Origin: Octopus vulgaris
Taxonomy: Eukaryota
Direction of reading: 5' to 3'
Length of the DNA stretch: 64,000 nt
Assembly (NCBI GenBank): GCA_951406725.2
Contig: OX597839.1
Coordinates: 13,206,001 to 13,270,000, forward strand
Below, piece after piece: positions 10,899 through 24,250 of this stretch; position 1 is the stretch's first letter; each line of letters opens with the position of its first letter. A program made the translations under genes and the position numbers. The notes below the pieces were generated by a model. That model was not told the DNA's origin. It did not search any database and saw nothing but the letters and a program-made list of their open reading frames with translations.

Positions 10899-11660
10899 TG
10901 TGTAGGGCTCACAAGAAAAGCATTTAAAATATGCTATTATCAACATAGCAACAAATTTCATAACCTCAATAGATATTATGATGCTTCATCCTCTATTTAT
11001 ATATGGAACTGAAAAAAACAAATAAGCAAGCAACATATCTATAACATATAGCGAAAATAAAATGCTCCATAATCTTGAAATACTAAACATATGAAATTTT
11101 ACATGCTTAGAAACCAGCTGCAAGAAGACATCCTAAAAGAATACCTCCTTCAAGACTTATAAACTTATAAAACATCTAAATGCTATTACAACACCTCTCC
11201 ATAGTACGTTTTCAGCGATTTACTCCAGCTCTTGACTCTTTATGATAACTTTAATTTCAAGTGCTCAACCAAATGCTACACCCACAAAAAAATATGAATA
11301 TTACTTATTTATAGTCCTTACTATAAGTTTTACCTTATTTATTGTTTTTTAATTTTATCATTTATGAATACTTTTGTCATAAATAATGTATATTTTATAT
11401 CATCTCTTATCAACACCATTTATATATATATATATATATATTAAATATCTACATGTTTTTGTGTGGGTCTATATATGTCTGTACACATTTGTGTACATAT
11501 GTGTACACATATGTACATTGCTTCTTATTTTTTTACATTTGCATCAAAAAAGGTATATTTTATATAATCATTGTTAACGCTGTTATCATTTGTAGGGTAT
11601 ATAGTATCTCATCATTGTTATTTTTTTTCATCTTTGTTGTATACATTATAACATCATTTT
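10899..11660 (+). mobile_element. Decayed Penelope-like 3' fragment (GIY-YIG C-half and tail)
   Basis: From 10902 reads VGLTRKAFKICYYQHSNKFHNLNRYYDASSSIYIWN*KK, matching the PLE pattern YIG.T...FK.RY..H...F.......T.LS.YIW.LK; 3' boundary uncertain. Confidence 0.55.
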
Positions 11661-11823
11661 AATATTTCAACTAACTTTTAAATTTTAAATTAAAATTTTA
11701 AATTTTAATTACTAACTTTAATTTTTAATATTGTCATATTTTTAGTTGTGAATTATTTATATAAATGTCAATTTTTAAATTGCAAACTATTTAAATAAAA
11801 AACATCTATAAAGTCACTCTTAA

Positions 11824-12073
11824 CCCTTTTACTGTGGAAATCAGATGTATGTGATATATCCACTCAAAATTTCAAAACCCTTAACTGCAGAAAACAGTTT
11901 AATATCCCAATTTATCTTTTTGTGAAGATTGTCATGTTCGAATCTATTTTTTGTCAAGATATATCAAGTTTATTGAGACAACATAACTTGTAGAAAATAC
12001 CAAATCTGTTTTTGGGTAGATATTCAACATCATTACCGGAATAACCATGAAATTTAATTTCACAGTTAAAGGG
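11824..12073. mobile_element. piggyBac-like MITE
   Basis: TTAA-CCCTTTTACTGTGGAAAT ... ATTTCACAGTTAAAGGG-TTAA. Confidence 0.72.
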
Positions 12074-12364
12074 TTAATAAAAAATATCATACATATCCTT
12101 TCTACTATTGGCACAAGGCCTCAAGTTTTGGGGGAGGTGGCTAGTCAAATACATCAACCCCAGTTTTCAACTGGTGCTTAATTCATTGCCCCTAAAAGGG
12201 TCGATGAACTAAGTACTGGTTGAGAACTGGGGTTGATATTAGGCAAAGTTGACCTTGGCAGAATTTGAACTCAGAATGTGAAGACAGATGAAATGCCACT
12301 AAGCATTTTGTCTGGCATGCTAATAATTCTTCCAGGTTGCCACCTTAACAAATATCATATATAT

Positions 12365-13004
12365 CAGTGGTTCTCAACCAGGGTCCACACATGCCATTTA
12401 GTTGTTAAAAATTATGTGCAATAAATTAGTTATACTTCTACAGTACAAAAATATTTTAATTTTCTTTTAATATAATTCCTAATAGGCGTACGAGTGGCTG
12501 TGTGGTAAGTAGTTTGCTTCCCAACCACATGGTTCCAGGTTCAGTCCCACTGCGTGGCACCTTGGGCAAGTGTCTTCTACTATAGCCTCGGGCCGACCAA
12601 AGCCTTGTGAGTGGATTTGGTAGACGGAAACTGAAAGAAGCCCGTCGTATAAATGTATACATATGTGTGTGTGTGATTCTGTGTCTGTGTTTGTCCCCCC
12701 AACATCGCTTGACAACCGATGCTGGTGTATTTACATCCCCGTAACTTAGCGGTTTGGCAAAAGAGACCGATAGAATAAGTACTAGGCTTACAAATAATAA
12801 GACCTGGGGTCGATTTGCTCGACTAAAGGCGGTGCTCCAGCATGGCCGCAGTCAAATGACTGAAACAAGTAAAAGAGTAAAAGAATATTTAAATATAAAA
12901 ATGCAATGGGATGTTTAAAACTTCAAATGGCCATGGGAAGGGGCCAGCAGTGTAAAATAGGAATCAAAGAAGTTCACAGGCAGAAAAATGGTTAAGAGCC
13001 ACTA
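12365..13004. mobile_element. hAT (Charlie/MER5-like) MITE interrupted by a family A SINE
   Basis: Ends CAGTGGTTCTCAACC / GGTTAAGAGCCACTa; near-identical 8-bp flanks atatatat / gtatatat. Confidence 0.65.
12484..12883 (+). mobile_element. SINE family A, full length
   Basis: Colinear with 2078-2490. Confidence 0.88.
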
Positions 13005-13278
13005 GTATATATGAACATTGACAGCAATATATAACACGGCTGGTTTCAACTCATTCTAGGGAGATAAATAATATCTCATGAAATACCTATTTTAAGTGAG
13101 ATTGCTAAAACTGCTGGAAAGAGAAAGGGAGAGACTAATAAACGTGAAGCTGATTTCACATGGTCATATAAATCAGTGAAACAAATAATGTTTTCTCCCC
13201 CACAAACGGAAACACCCTCTTTTAAATAAACTGTGTTCTAAAACAAAAAGAGAAAATAACTATGGTAATTGTATTTAA

Positions 13279-13499
13279 CCCTTTAGTGTTCAGATTACTC
13301 TGTTAAATGTCATACTTTTCCACTCAAATTGTTTTGAATTAATCCTGGATCATCTTACAGCTTTGAGGTTTCAATGATGTGATTACTTATTTTTAGAATG
13401 GCATTGTAGGTTAGGTGTGAGAGGCTAGATATGGCCAGTTTGAATATAAAATATGTAGAATATATTGGGCCAGATTTGGCCAGTTTAAACACTAAAGGG
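13279..13499. mobile_element. piggyBac-like MITE (related copies at ~3265-3420, ~41160-41295 and 56492-57035)
   Basis: TTAA-CCCTTTAGTGTT ... AACACTAAAGGG-TTAA. Confidence 0.75.
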
Positions 13500-13963
13500 T
13501 TAAATATCATATCAGTGCCACCGCAAACGGGAAAAATACCACAAATAAAACAATGTTTAAAGCTTTCCAAATAATTCTTCCAGAATATCTGATTGTGAAT
13601 CACCAGTCCACCAATATCAGACTTAATAACACTAGTATATACCTAGATACATATGCATATAAATATATACCTATACATGTAAAAATACACACACATATAT
13701 ATATATATATACACACATACACAAACACAGATATACATACAGACACAGTTATATATACATACATATAAACATGCATGCACACACACTCACACACACATAC
13801 AAATATCTATATATATATATGTGTGTATATATATATGTGTCTGTATATATATATATATACATACACACACATATATATATATATATATATGCATGCATGT
13901 ATTTATATATGTACACATCGACACTTTTATATATGTGTGTGTGTGTACTTGTGTGTATATATC

Positions 13964-14009
<46 letters not shown>

Positions 14010-14071
14010 TGTATCTATTTATCTATCTATCTATCCATATACACACATACATCCACATGTGTGTGTTTAGC

Positions 14072-14115
<44 letters not shown>

Positions 14116-14165
14116 TATACATACATACACCCATGTATACATGTGTGTGTGTGTATATATGTATA

Positions 14166-14197
<32 letters not shown>

Positions 14198-14503
14198 GGT
14201 ATACTTGAAATATACATATCTACAGGCTCCATTGCTCAAGTTCACCATGTACATACACTTGTAAATTTTCTTTGTAGGTCACAAGTTTAGGTAAGTTGTT
14301 TCTATTTATGGCTGACCAGTGGGTCTTCTGTCCCAAAGCCACCCATGTTGCTCAAAGGGAAGATAATGGCTGATGATACAGCTTGGCACCAGTCTTGTTG
14401 CAGGCAAATTCAAAATACAAACAAGTTGAAAAATGCCACTAGGAATTTTATCCAATGCTGTGATAATTCTGCTTACACAATACTCATACTCACATAGCAT
14501 GCA

Positions 14504-14538
<35 letters not shown>

Positions 14539-14816
14539 GTACACATCGACACTTTTATATATGTGTGTGTGTGTACTTGTGTGTATATATCTATATATAT
14601 ATGTATGTATGTATGTATCTATTTATCTATCTATCTATCCATATACACACATACATCCACATGTGGTTGGCGTTAGGAAGGGCATCCAGCCGTAGAAACA
14701 TTGCCAGATCAGACTGGAGCCTGGTGCAGCCTTCTGGCTTCCCAGACCCCAGTTGAACCGTCCAACCCATGCTAGCATGGAAAGCGGACGCTAAATGATA
14801 ATGATGATGAATGATG

Positions 14817-14884
<68 letters not shown>

Positions 14885-14893
14885 TTATTTATT

Positions 14894-15349
14894 AATAAAT
14901 ATCAGGGTAGGAAAAATTTCTAAAATTTTTATACCAGTGGCCTAACATGTAGAAAACTAGTCAATAGACTATATATTATTCATATAAATACAATGTACAT
15001 TTAAACACATAAGGGATGACCATTATAGGACACCTAACATGCTAGAAGGAGTAGCCAAATCCAAACCACTGTTAGGGGTAATTTCAAAGGGAATGAAAAA
15101 TAAAACATTTACTATTTTTCTTCTGGACCGAGCTCGGTGAAGTTCTCATCAACAGGAATGCCAAGATTAACATATAAATACAAGGCAATACAGTACATGC
15201 CTCATGGAGAAAGATGGTAAATGTTTTTATTTTTCATTCCCTTCGAAATTACCCCTAATAGTGGTTTGGATTTGACTACTCCTTCTGGTATGTTAGGTGT
15301 TCTATGATGGTCATCTCTTATGTGTTTAAATATACACTGTATTCATATA
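14894..15349. mobile_element. Fold-back microsatellite-embedded element
   Basis: ~140-bp inverted arms at ~14981-15122 and ~15210-15349; related to 26285-26603. Confidence 0.65.
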
Positions 15350-15366
15350 TATACACACACACACAG

Positions 15367-15411
<45 letters not shown>

Positions 15412-15422
15412 GACACATATAT

Positions 15423-15493
<71 letters not shown>

Positions 15494-15812
15494 AGTTTGT
15501 ATGATTGTGTATAAAATATATTAATCAATGAAATTCCAACCTCATCTGATTTTCGTGTTTTATTATTTGCAATTTTTACAAACAACTGGAGCCCATCGGA
15601 AGGTATTTAAGGGACAAATTTAATCATTTCACTACAGTTGTCAATTGTGGAACATGGCTGTCACTCCTACCACATAAATCTGATGATTGCATAATGCATG
15701 AAAGTACTAGTTTTATTACAATAAATATATAATGTTCTATTATCATAATATTGTAAAATTGTAAATAATAAAATGTGAAAATCAGACTAATTTTGAATTT
15801 CATTGATTAATA

Positions 15813-17722
15813 TACACCCAGATCCACACTAGTAGCTTTGGAGTAAAATTTGGGATTTCTTAGTTTTCTGTGAATTGATTTTGATAAACCTTTTTGTAGC
15901 TGGTTTGTTTGTTTGTTTGTTTGTTGAGCGAAATGGTCTTCGTCCCAGTAGTGGGAGAAGTCCGAAACGTGGTCCTTTGCTATTCGTAAGACCCGCAGAA
16001 GAGAAAGCAGGTCAACCCCCGATACCAAGAGCATCGATGGATGGATGAATGCGCATCCAGTCTCAGCAGTTGTATAGGAAGTCGGGGACAAGAAACAGGA
16101 AGAAAGAGTGAGAGAAAGTTGGAGTGAAAGAGTACAACAGGGGTCACCACCACCCCCTACCGGAGCCTTGTGGAGCTTTAGGTGGTTTTGCTCAATAAAC
16201 ACACACAACGCCTGGTCTGGGAATCGAAACCATGATCCTCCGACCGCGAGTCCGCTGCCCTAACCACTGAGCCATTGCGCCTCCACTGCAGCTGGTTTGC
16301 ACACAATAGTGACGCCATTATTATTTGCATTATTCTGTGTAACATCCTTTCTTTTTTATTTCAGATTCTTCAGTTTTGGGGTGAACCATGCTAATAGCTT
16401 TTGAATGAAAATAGCCCATCTAGATATTTCTTTTCAGAAAATGAAGAGTAACAATACATATTAAGCATACATTGAGTATATATTTAACATAAAACCATAA
16501 TAATGTTATAACATTTATTGACATAATGAGTTAATTAGCCACCTGAGCACTATTTTGACAGATAACTTCAAAAACCCTATTACTCATGGAATCTGTCAAT
16601 TTCTTAATGGCAGCAGGTTGGATTGTCTCTGCTGCAGCTTTGATGGTTGCTCGTAAGGCATCTTTTGATGTAAATTAGCGTCCATCAGCATAAACATCTT
16701 ATTTAATGATGGACCAAAGATTTTCAATAGGGTTGAGATCCGGAGATGCTGGCAGCCACACCATCACCCTTTCACCTTGTATGCCGTAAGACCCTCATAA
16801 TGTTTGGGTGGTCCCAGCAGAACTGGAGGGAGCAATTGCCATGTACGAATACAAGATCCCTTAAAGGTGACAGCAGTATGTCATCTAGCCAGGGATCCAT
16901 GATCTTCAGGAGATTGCAGTAGGCAGCTGTAGTCATTTTAACCCCTTCAGTTACCCTGACTGGTCAACAAGTCTGTCCCCAAGGATACCAACCCACAACA
17001 TGACTCCTCTACCCTGTTATTGACGTCTTAAATGTTGGTGATGCTCATCTCCAAAATAGACCCAACCATCAGGTCCATCAAGGATCACCCTGGTTTCATC
17101 AGTGAACAGAACACAACTCGTGTCTAACGTCATGTACTTTTGGGTCCATTGAAGCCTCAAACTCCTGTAAAGGTGGCAGTTTCAGGAATTCTCACATGGA
17201 AGCGATGGTGGCAAGGATGCGATTTCTGGTGGTTTTCAATACATGAAGATGTCTGGAGGCGGTGAAAATGCCTTTGCTTGTTTGTCGAAGTTTCTCACAT
17301 TACTTGTAGCCAATATTCCTTAAATTCCTAGCTGTCACAGTCTTGGAGGTCACACAATCAGATCATTTCTTCCTTGGCAAAGGGTCCTTCAGGAATTATC
17401 TAACCATGTCCACATGATGACCTAACTTCTCCGCAATGACATGAAGAGAGGTGCCTTTAGCACTTTCCTGGATGATGACCAACTTTTCTTCCACATTGAG
17501 GCCATTTCCACAACCCATTGTTCTTAGAGAGGTGAGCATGGTTCACCCCAAAATAGAAGAATCTGAAATAAAAAAGAAAGGATGTTACACCGAACAATGA
17601 ACACATAACAATGATGTTGCCATAGTGTACAAACCATCTGCGAGAAATTTTATCAAAATCGATTCACAGAAAACTGAAAAATCCTAAATTTCATCCTAAG
17701 CTATTAGTGTGGTTCTGGAGAT
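15813..17722 (-). mobile_element. Decayed Tc1/mariner transposon with ~200-bp TIRs; left TIR interrupted by a SINE
   Basis: Minus-strand ATG at 17518 (MGCGNGLNVEEK...), VLFTDETRV (~17085-17112) and VWLPASPDLNPIENLWSIIK (~16703-16762); TIR 15813-15907 plus 16290-16392 is the reverse complement of ~17535-17722. Confidence 0.88.
15908..16286 (-). mobile_element. SINE family C, tail type 3 ending in (CAAA)n
   Basis: Same head; inserted in the Tc1 TIR with duplicated agctggtttg. Confidence 0.82.
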
Positions 17723-17748
17723 ACACACACAAACATATATATATGTGA

Positions 17749-17811
<63 letters not shown>

Positions 17812-19682
17812 ATATCGTGGCTGTGTGGTAAGTAGCTTGCTTACCAACTACATGGTTCTGGGTTCAGTCCCACTGTGTGTCACCTTGGGCAAGTGTCTTT
17901 TACTGTAGCCTCAGGCCAACCAAAGTGTTGTTAGTGGATTTGGTAGACAGAAATTGAAAGAAGATCATTGTATATATATATGTGTATGTATATATGCACA
18001 CATACTTAAATACATACATTTAGACATACACATACATTTATAATATATATAACAATATATAATATGTGTATGCCCAATACATAAATATAAAATATATATT
18101 TGAGTAATTTTTGTATTTTAATTATTTTTATTGGGCATTGTGATGCTAATAATCTAGTGGTGGAACTCAATAAACGTGGCTCTGTACAAAGGATCAGTCA
18201 AGTATAGAGAGGTAATAAGAAATTGGGATGATGAAGGACATAAACAATTATGTTATGAACATCATCATCTTACAGCTGTTTCTAGGGTGATACTCTGAGT
18301 TACTGAGACCCCCTTCAGTCATGAATGACCCTTGGATTGCACCTAGAAAGTTACCCTCCAAGGCACAAGTCCGGGCAAGGTTGTTTATGGAAGACCAACA
18401 GTCGCCCATGCATACCTATTTCTTTACTGCCCACAAGGGGCTAAACACAGAGGGGACAAACAAGGACAGACAAAAGGATTAAGTCGATTATATCGACCCC
18501 AGTGCATAACTGGTACTTATTTAATTGACTCCGAAAGGATGAAAGGCAAAGTTGACCTCGGCGGAATTTGAACACAGAATGTGGCGACAGACGAAGTACT
18601 GCTAAGCATTTCGCCCGGCATGCTAACGTTTCTGCCAGCTCGCCCATGCATACCAGCCTCTCCTCTCTGCGCCACCAGTGTTATCCAAAGGAAAGGCAAA
18701 GGGGCCTGATACAGCTTGGCACCTGTGACGTCGCAACTCATTTCTACAGATGAGTGAACTGGAGCAATGGGATTCAAACTGACAACATCACAATCGTAAG
18801 CTCAACGCTCTAACCACTGAGCCCTGTGCCTTCACTGGGTGATACTGAAGCACTCAACTATGTATTGCACCTTATAGCAGAAACAGTTGTAGGCTAATGA
18901 AACATATAACATAATTGTTTAATTAATTTGTCATCCCATTTCCTTATACTAGAGCAGTATAATTTTCATGAAGCATTATCTGATATATATATAAATGTTT
19001 TTAATTTCTTTTTATCCAAAACCATGCAAGTTATAAAAAATTAATAATACAGGTTGATTATTATTATTATAAACGGGCATTTCAATATTTCAGAGGGAGA
19101 AACCCTTCTTCAGGGAATTTACAGAGAAATGGTGTTGAAGTTGATTTGTACAAAGTAGAGAACTCAGGTATCATCACCTTTTCTCCATAAATTCCCTAAA
19201 ATATTCCAGTACTAGATAATACTAAATATCAACCTATTTTCTTAATTTTTTGATAACTTGCATTGTTTAGGCTTTTAAAAAAAATATTCAAAACATTTTT
19301 ATAGCATCATCATCATCATCATCATTAAACTTCTGTTTTAATCAATCAATCAATGTTGTTATCGTGCAATGCCTGTGCAAGAAGATTTTTTTTAAAGTGA
19401 GGAAAGGTTGTGCACTGAGTCAATCCCACTCACTAAGCAACATCCGAAAAGAAGAACAAGTCAACATCATCGGTAACCACTGAGCCACAGGTTTTATGTC
19501 GGAGTTATCCCAGGTACCTGAGTTACCTTATCCTAGAAGGATGCCCTAACAAAGGCTAGGAGTCCTTCACTCCCAATGGTTTAACTGCGCGATCGCGTAT
19601 TCAGTCCGATTATTTCTATGTCCCCGCGCATGATACAGCCTTACATGTGTGTGTTTGTCTGTATGTATGTATGTATGTACGT

Positions 19683-19742
<60 letters not shown>

Positions 19743-20166
19743 GTAGATATAGATACGTTATGGTTCTAAGTTATAAAATATGTATATATTATATAGTTTA
19801 ATGATGATTAAAGTAACAGACGGTGTGCCTTGATTTCGAGACTCTCATAAGACTGGTAAAGTAGTCCTCCATGCAAAGCCTTCTGGGAAACTAAATGGTG
19901 GATATTTATTTTCAAGAATATTTGTGTATAGTGAGAGCTGACAGTGCTGAATTAATTCATTTAAACTCATTTTGAATCAAAAATTTATTTAATGATGTCT
20001 CAAAATATTTGTCATATAACTCACGAAATAGATTTAAATGTAAAATGAATTTAACAGCTTTGTGTGTTGCAAATTTTCTATTCCAAAGCACATGTATGAT
20101 CATGTGTGTGTGTGTGTTTCTGTGTATGTGTGTGTGTATCTACATACACATATAATGTGTGTATAT

Positions 20167-20562
20167 ACTCTTTACTCTTTTACTCTTTTACTTGTTTCAG
20201 TCATTTGACTGTGGCCATGCTGGAGCACCACCTTTAGTCGAGCAAATCGACCCCGGGACTTATTCTTTTGTAAGCCCAGTACTTATTCTATCAGTCTGTT
20301 TTGCCGAACCGCTAAGTGACGGGGACGTAAACACACCAGCATCAGCTGTCAAGCAATGCTAGGGGGACAAACACAGACACGCAAACATATATATATATAC
20401 GACAGGCTTCTTTCAGTTTCCGTCTACCAAATCCACTCACAAGGCATTGGTCGGCCCGGGGCTATAGCAGAAGACACTTGCCCAAGATGCCACGCAGTGG
20501 GACTGAACCCGGAACCATGTGGTTGGTTAGCAAGCTACTTACCACACAGCCACTCCTGCGCC

Positions 20563-20563
<1 letters not shown>
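20167..20563 (-). mobile_element. SINE family A, full length
   Basis: Reverse complement of the family A sequence. Confidence 0.88.
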
Positions 20564-20598
<35 letters not shown>

Positions 20599-20895
20599 TA
20601 TTTATATATATATATTTATTTATATATACATATATATATATATATACACATACACACACGTGTACATATATATACATGCATATAAACACACACACACACA
20701 TGTATATATGTATGCATATATATAACCTGTGTGTGTGTGTGTGTGTGTGTATAGATGTATATAATCCTGATCAGTAGGATCTTTAGAAAGGTGAATGCAT
20801 GCCATGACAGGATTACTTAAGACTCTCTGTTAATCCTTTGTGAGAGCAGAGCATTATGTTTCACTCCACTAACACCACCACCGACAGAACCCTCA

Positions 20896-20937
<42 letters not shown>

Positions 20938-20995
20938 GACACCGATGACAACATTAATACTGATTGCTGAATTAATCTAATATACCTTCATAAAT

Positions 20996-21031
<36 letters not shown>

Positions 21032-21253
21032 CCTAATAATAGGTGCAAGCATGACTAATTGGTAAGAAGCTTGGTTCCCAACCACATGGATCCAGGTTCA
21101 GTCCAACTGTATGGCACCTTGGTTGAGTGTCTTCTACTATAGCCTCAGGCCAACCAAAGCCTTGTGAGTGGATTTAGTAGATGGAAAATGAAAAGAATTC
21201 CATTGTACATATGTATGTATGTATGTATGTATGTGTGTGTGTGTTTATGCATA

Positions 21254-21284
<31 letters not shown>

Positions 21285-21285
21285 A

Positions 21286-21517
21286 GATTGGCATATTTTG
21301 GTCATATTATGCGGAGAGAATCCCTGGAGAAGGACATCATGCTCGGAATGGTCAGTGGCAAGAGAGGAAGAGGCCGACCAAGAACCCGCTGGCTTGACAC
21401 TATCAGGAGTGATACCGGAATGGACATGGCCAGTCTGAAGGAAGCGGTCCAGGATAGAACTGACTGGAGGACACTGATCCAACGAGTGACCGAGAGTCGA
21501 CTTCTACTGAGCGGATA
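21286..21517 (+). mobile_element. RTE/BovB-type LINE 3' end inserted in the microsatellite of a family A SINE
   Basis: LAYFGHIMRRESLEKDIMLGMVSGKRGRGRPRTRWLD..DRTDWRTLIQRVTESR is the typical RTE C-terminus. Confidence 0.85.
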
Positions 21518-21878
21518 GAGAGAGTGTGTGTGTGAGTTTATGCATATATCTATGTGTATGTGTCTTTGTATCTGTGTTCCCCCCTCACTGCTTGACAATC
21601 AGTATTGGTGTGTTTACGTCTCCATAACTTAGTGGTTCAGACAAAGAGATTGATAGAATAAGTACTAGGCTTAAGAAATAAGTCCTGTGGTCGATTAGTT
21701 CGACTAAAACCCTTTGAAGCAGTGCTCCAGCATGGCCACAGTCAAATGACTGGAACAAGTAAAAGAGTAAGATAAAACGAGGTATGAAGAGGTTTAATTT
21801 TCACGAAATGGTCAGGGGTGTAAAGTTTTAAAGGTTCATGTCTGAAAGAAATTAAGGATATATAAAAGATTTATAGAT

Positions 21879-22299
21879 AGGCGCAGGAGTGGCTGTGTGG
21901 TAAGTAGCTTGCTTACCAACCACATGGTTCCAGGTTCAGTCCCACTGCGTGGCACCTTGGGCAAGTGTCTTCTACTATAGCCTCGGGCCGACCAAAGCCT
22001 TGTGAGTGGATTTGGTAGGCGGAAACTGAAAGAAGCCCGTCGTATATATGTATATGTGTGTGTGTTTTTATGTCTGTTTTGCCCCCCACCACCACCACCA
22101 CCACCACCAACATCACTTGCCAACCGATGCTGGTGTGTTTATCTCTCCGAAACTTAGTGATTCGGCAAAAAGAGACCAATAGAATAAATACTAGGCTTAC
22201 AAAGAATGAGTGCTGGGGTTGATTTCTTCGACTAAAGGTGGTGCTCCAGCATGGCTGCAGTGAAATGACTGAAACAAGTAAAAGAGTAAAGAGTAAAAG
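21879..22299 (+). mobile_element. SINE family A, full length
   Basis: Colinear with 2078-2490. Confidence 0.88.
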
Positions 22300-22329
22300 A
22301 CTATATGGAAATAGATATAAAAGCAGAGA

Positions 22330-22760
22330 GTGAAGAGAGTTATCCACAACTGTGCGCCCTATGTACTTGTACTTACATGTGGCAACATTCACCCCAGGCG
22401 GGTTGAGTCGGCTTCTTCTACCACCCTCGAGGCATCTCGAAACATGGCAGTGGAAGAAGTTTCGTGGGAATATGTGGATTTCACAAGCAGTCCCCAACAA
22501 TCCCGCATGTAGAGACATCCTGTTTGCCGCAGATTGTCCGCAGACACAGGGACAGAATGACTGAGGAGTCACCGGTTGCCGAAACAGACACTCCGAGGAT
22601 TTTCACCAGAGCTCCGTCTGCCGGGTTGTGGCCCTAATACTACTCGGTGTCAGACCAATCCACCTTGGGTGGCCCTACCAGGAACCAAAGTTCCTGACGG
22701 CATAGCCATCCCCACCACGGTGAGGAGGGGATGGACTTTGGGGACGCTATGAGTCAGAGT
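22330..22760. mobile_element. RTE-related remnant
   Basis: Minus-strand FCPCVCGQSAANRMSL resembles the RTE C-terminal zinc knuckle; aagttcctgacggcatagc recurs near 44712. Confidence 0.4.
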
Positions 22761-23559
22761 AGCAGTTCCAGCACATCTCTTCCCAGGCAACACTTTTTCC
22801 ATTTTGTCTGCTGAGACCATAGCTAGTCTCAGTTACAGGACATTGTACATTCCACTCCTAATTTAAGGTTACTCCATATGAATTGCCCTTTTAGATATGA
22901 AAAATGTTAGAATTTCACACACAAACACACATTTACATAACAGGTGACCACCTCACCAGCCAACTTTCCATTCCTGTCTATACCTATTTCTTTACTATCC
23001 ACAAGGGGCTAAACACAAAGAGGACAAACAAGGACAGACAAACGGATTAAGTCGATTATATCGACCCCAGTGCGTAACTGGTACTTATTTAATCGACCCT
23101 GAAAGGATGAAAGGCAAAGTCGACCTTGGCGGAATTTGAACTCAGAATGTAGCGGCAGACGAAATACTGCTAAGCATTTCGCCCGGCGTGCTAATGATTC
23201 TGTCACATCGCCGCCTTTTATTCCTGTCTATACCAAATCAATATCCCTGCCAACAACACTCATACCCAGTTTATTTTTTTTTGTATTTATTGTTATTTTT
23301 TATTGTTGTTTTCGTGTGTTTTTATTTTTATTTTCAATATGTGCATCCTTTATCTATGAGATGATAATAGATGCATACACACATACGCTTACACATATGT
23401 GCATACACATATATTCATACCTAAACACACACCAACATGCTTGCACACACATACATTCATGCATGCATGTATGCATAAACACATATGTACATACATACAT
23501 ATGTACATACATGCATGTATACATGCACACTTACACATGCATGCATACATGCATTCATA

Positions 23560-23896
23560 GGAGACCCCCTTTAGTCACAAATGACCATGGGATTGCACCT
23601 AGAAAGTTACCCTCCTAGGCACATGTCTGGACAAGGTTGTTTATGGAAGACCAGGAGTCGCCCATGCATACCAGCCTCCCCGTTCCATGCCACCGAATGT
23701 TATCCAAGGGAAAGGCAAAGGCCAATACAGCTTGGCACCTGTGACGTCGCAGCTCATTTCTACAGCTGAGTGAACTGGAGCAACATGAAATAAAGTGTCT
23801 TGCTAAAAACACAACACGCAGCCCGGTCCAGGATTCGAACTCATAACCTCACGGTCGTAAGGTCGACGCTCTAACCACTGAGCCATGCACCTTCAC
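23560..23896 (-). mobile_element. tRNA-derived SINE family E (second copy 18304-18835 with a nested family B SINE)
   Basis: Minus-strand head gtgaaggtgcatggctcagtggttagagcg..gagttcgaatcc; CORE-like agcaagacactttatttca..ttgctccagttcactcagctg. Confidence 0.8.
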
Positions 23897-23994
23897 TTGT
23901 ATGCATGTTTGAATGTATGCATTCATACATACATACAAACACATACTTATAGTGACATTATCTATATCTCTCATTAATACTTTAGTAGAAGCAC

Positions 23995-24250
23995 CACTGT
24001 AAACCTTGTCTACTGTAAACCTACTGCAAACCATATCCACAACAAATCCACTTCAAAACATATCCGCTGCAAACCCATTGCAAACCATATCTGCTGCAAA
24101 CCATCTCACTGCAAATCACATCCACTGTAAACCCACTGAAAATCATATTCTGCTACGAACCATATCCACTGCAAACCATATCCACTGCAAGCCACATCTG
24201 CTACAAACCCACTGCTAATCATATCTACTGCAAATTCCTATTGTAAATTC
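23995..24250 (+). repeat. Degenerate minisatellite built on aaaccatatccactgc / aaacccactgc
   Basis: Repeating units are visible and produce the spurious ANPLQTISA-type ORF 24006..24218. Confidence 0.75.

Noticed and set aside
12456-12715. Recurrent ORFs such as [18 protein letters not shown] and [17 protein letters not shown]
   Set aside because: They are translations of family A SINE copies, not genes
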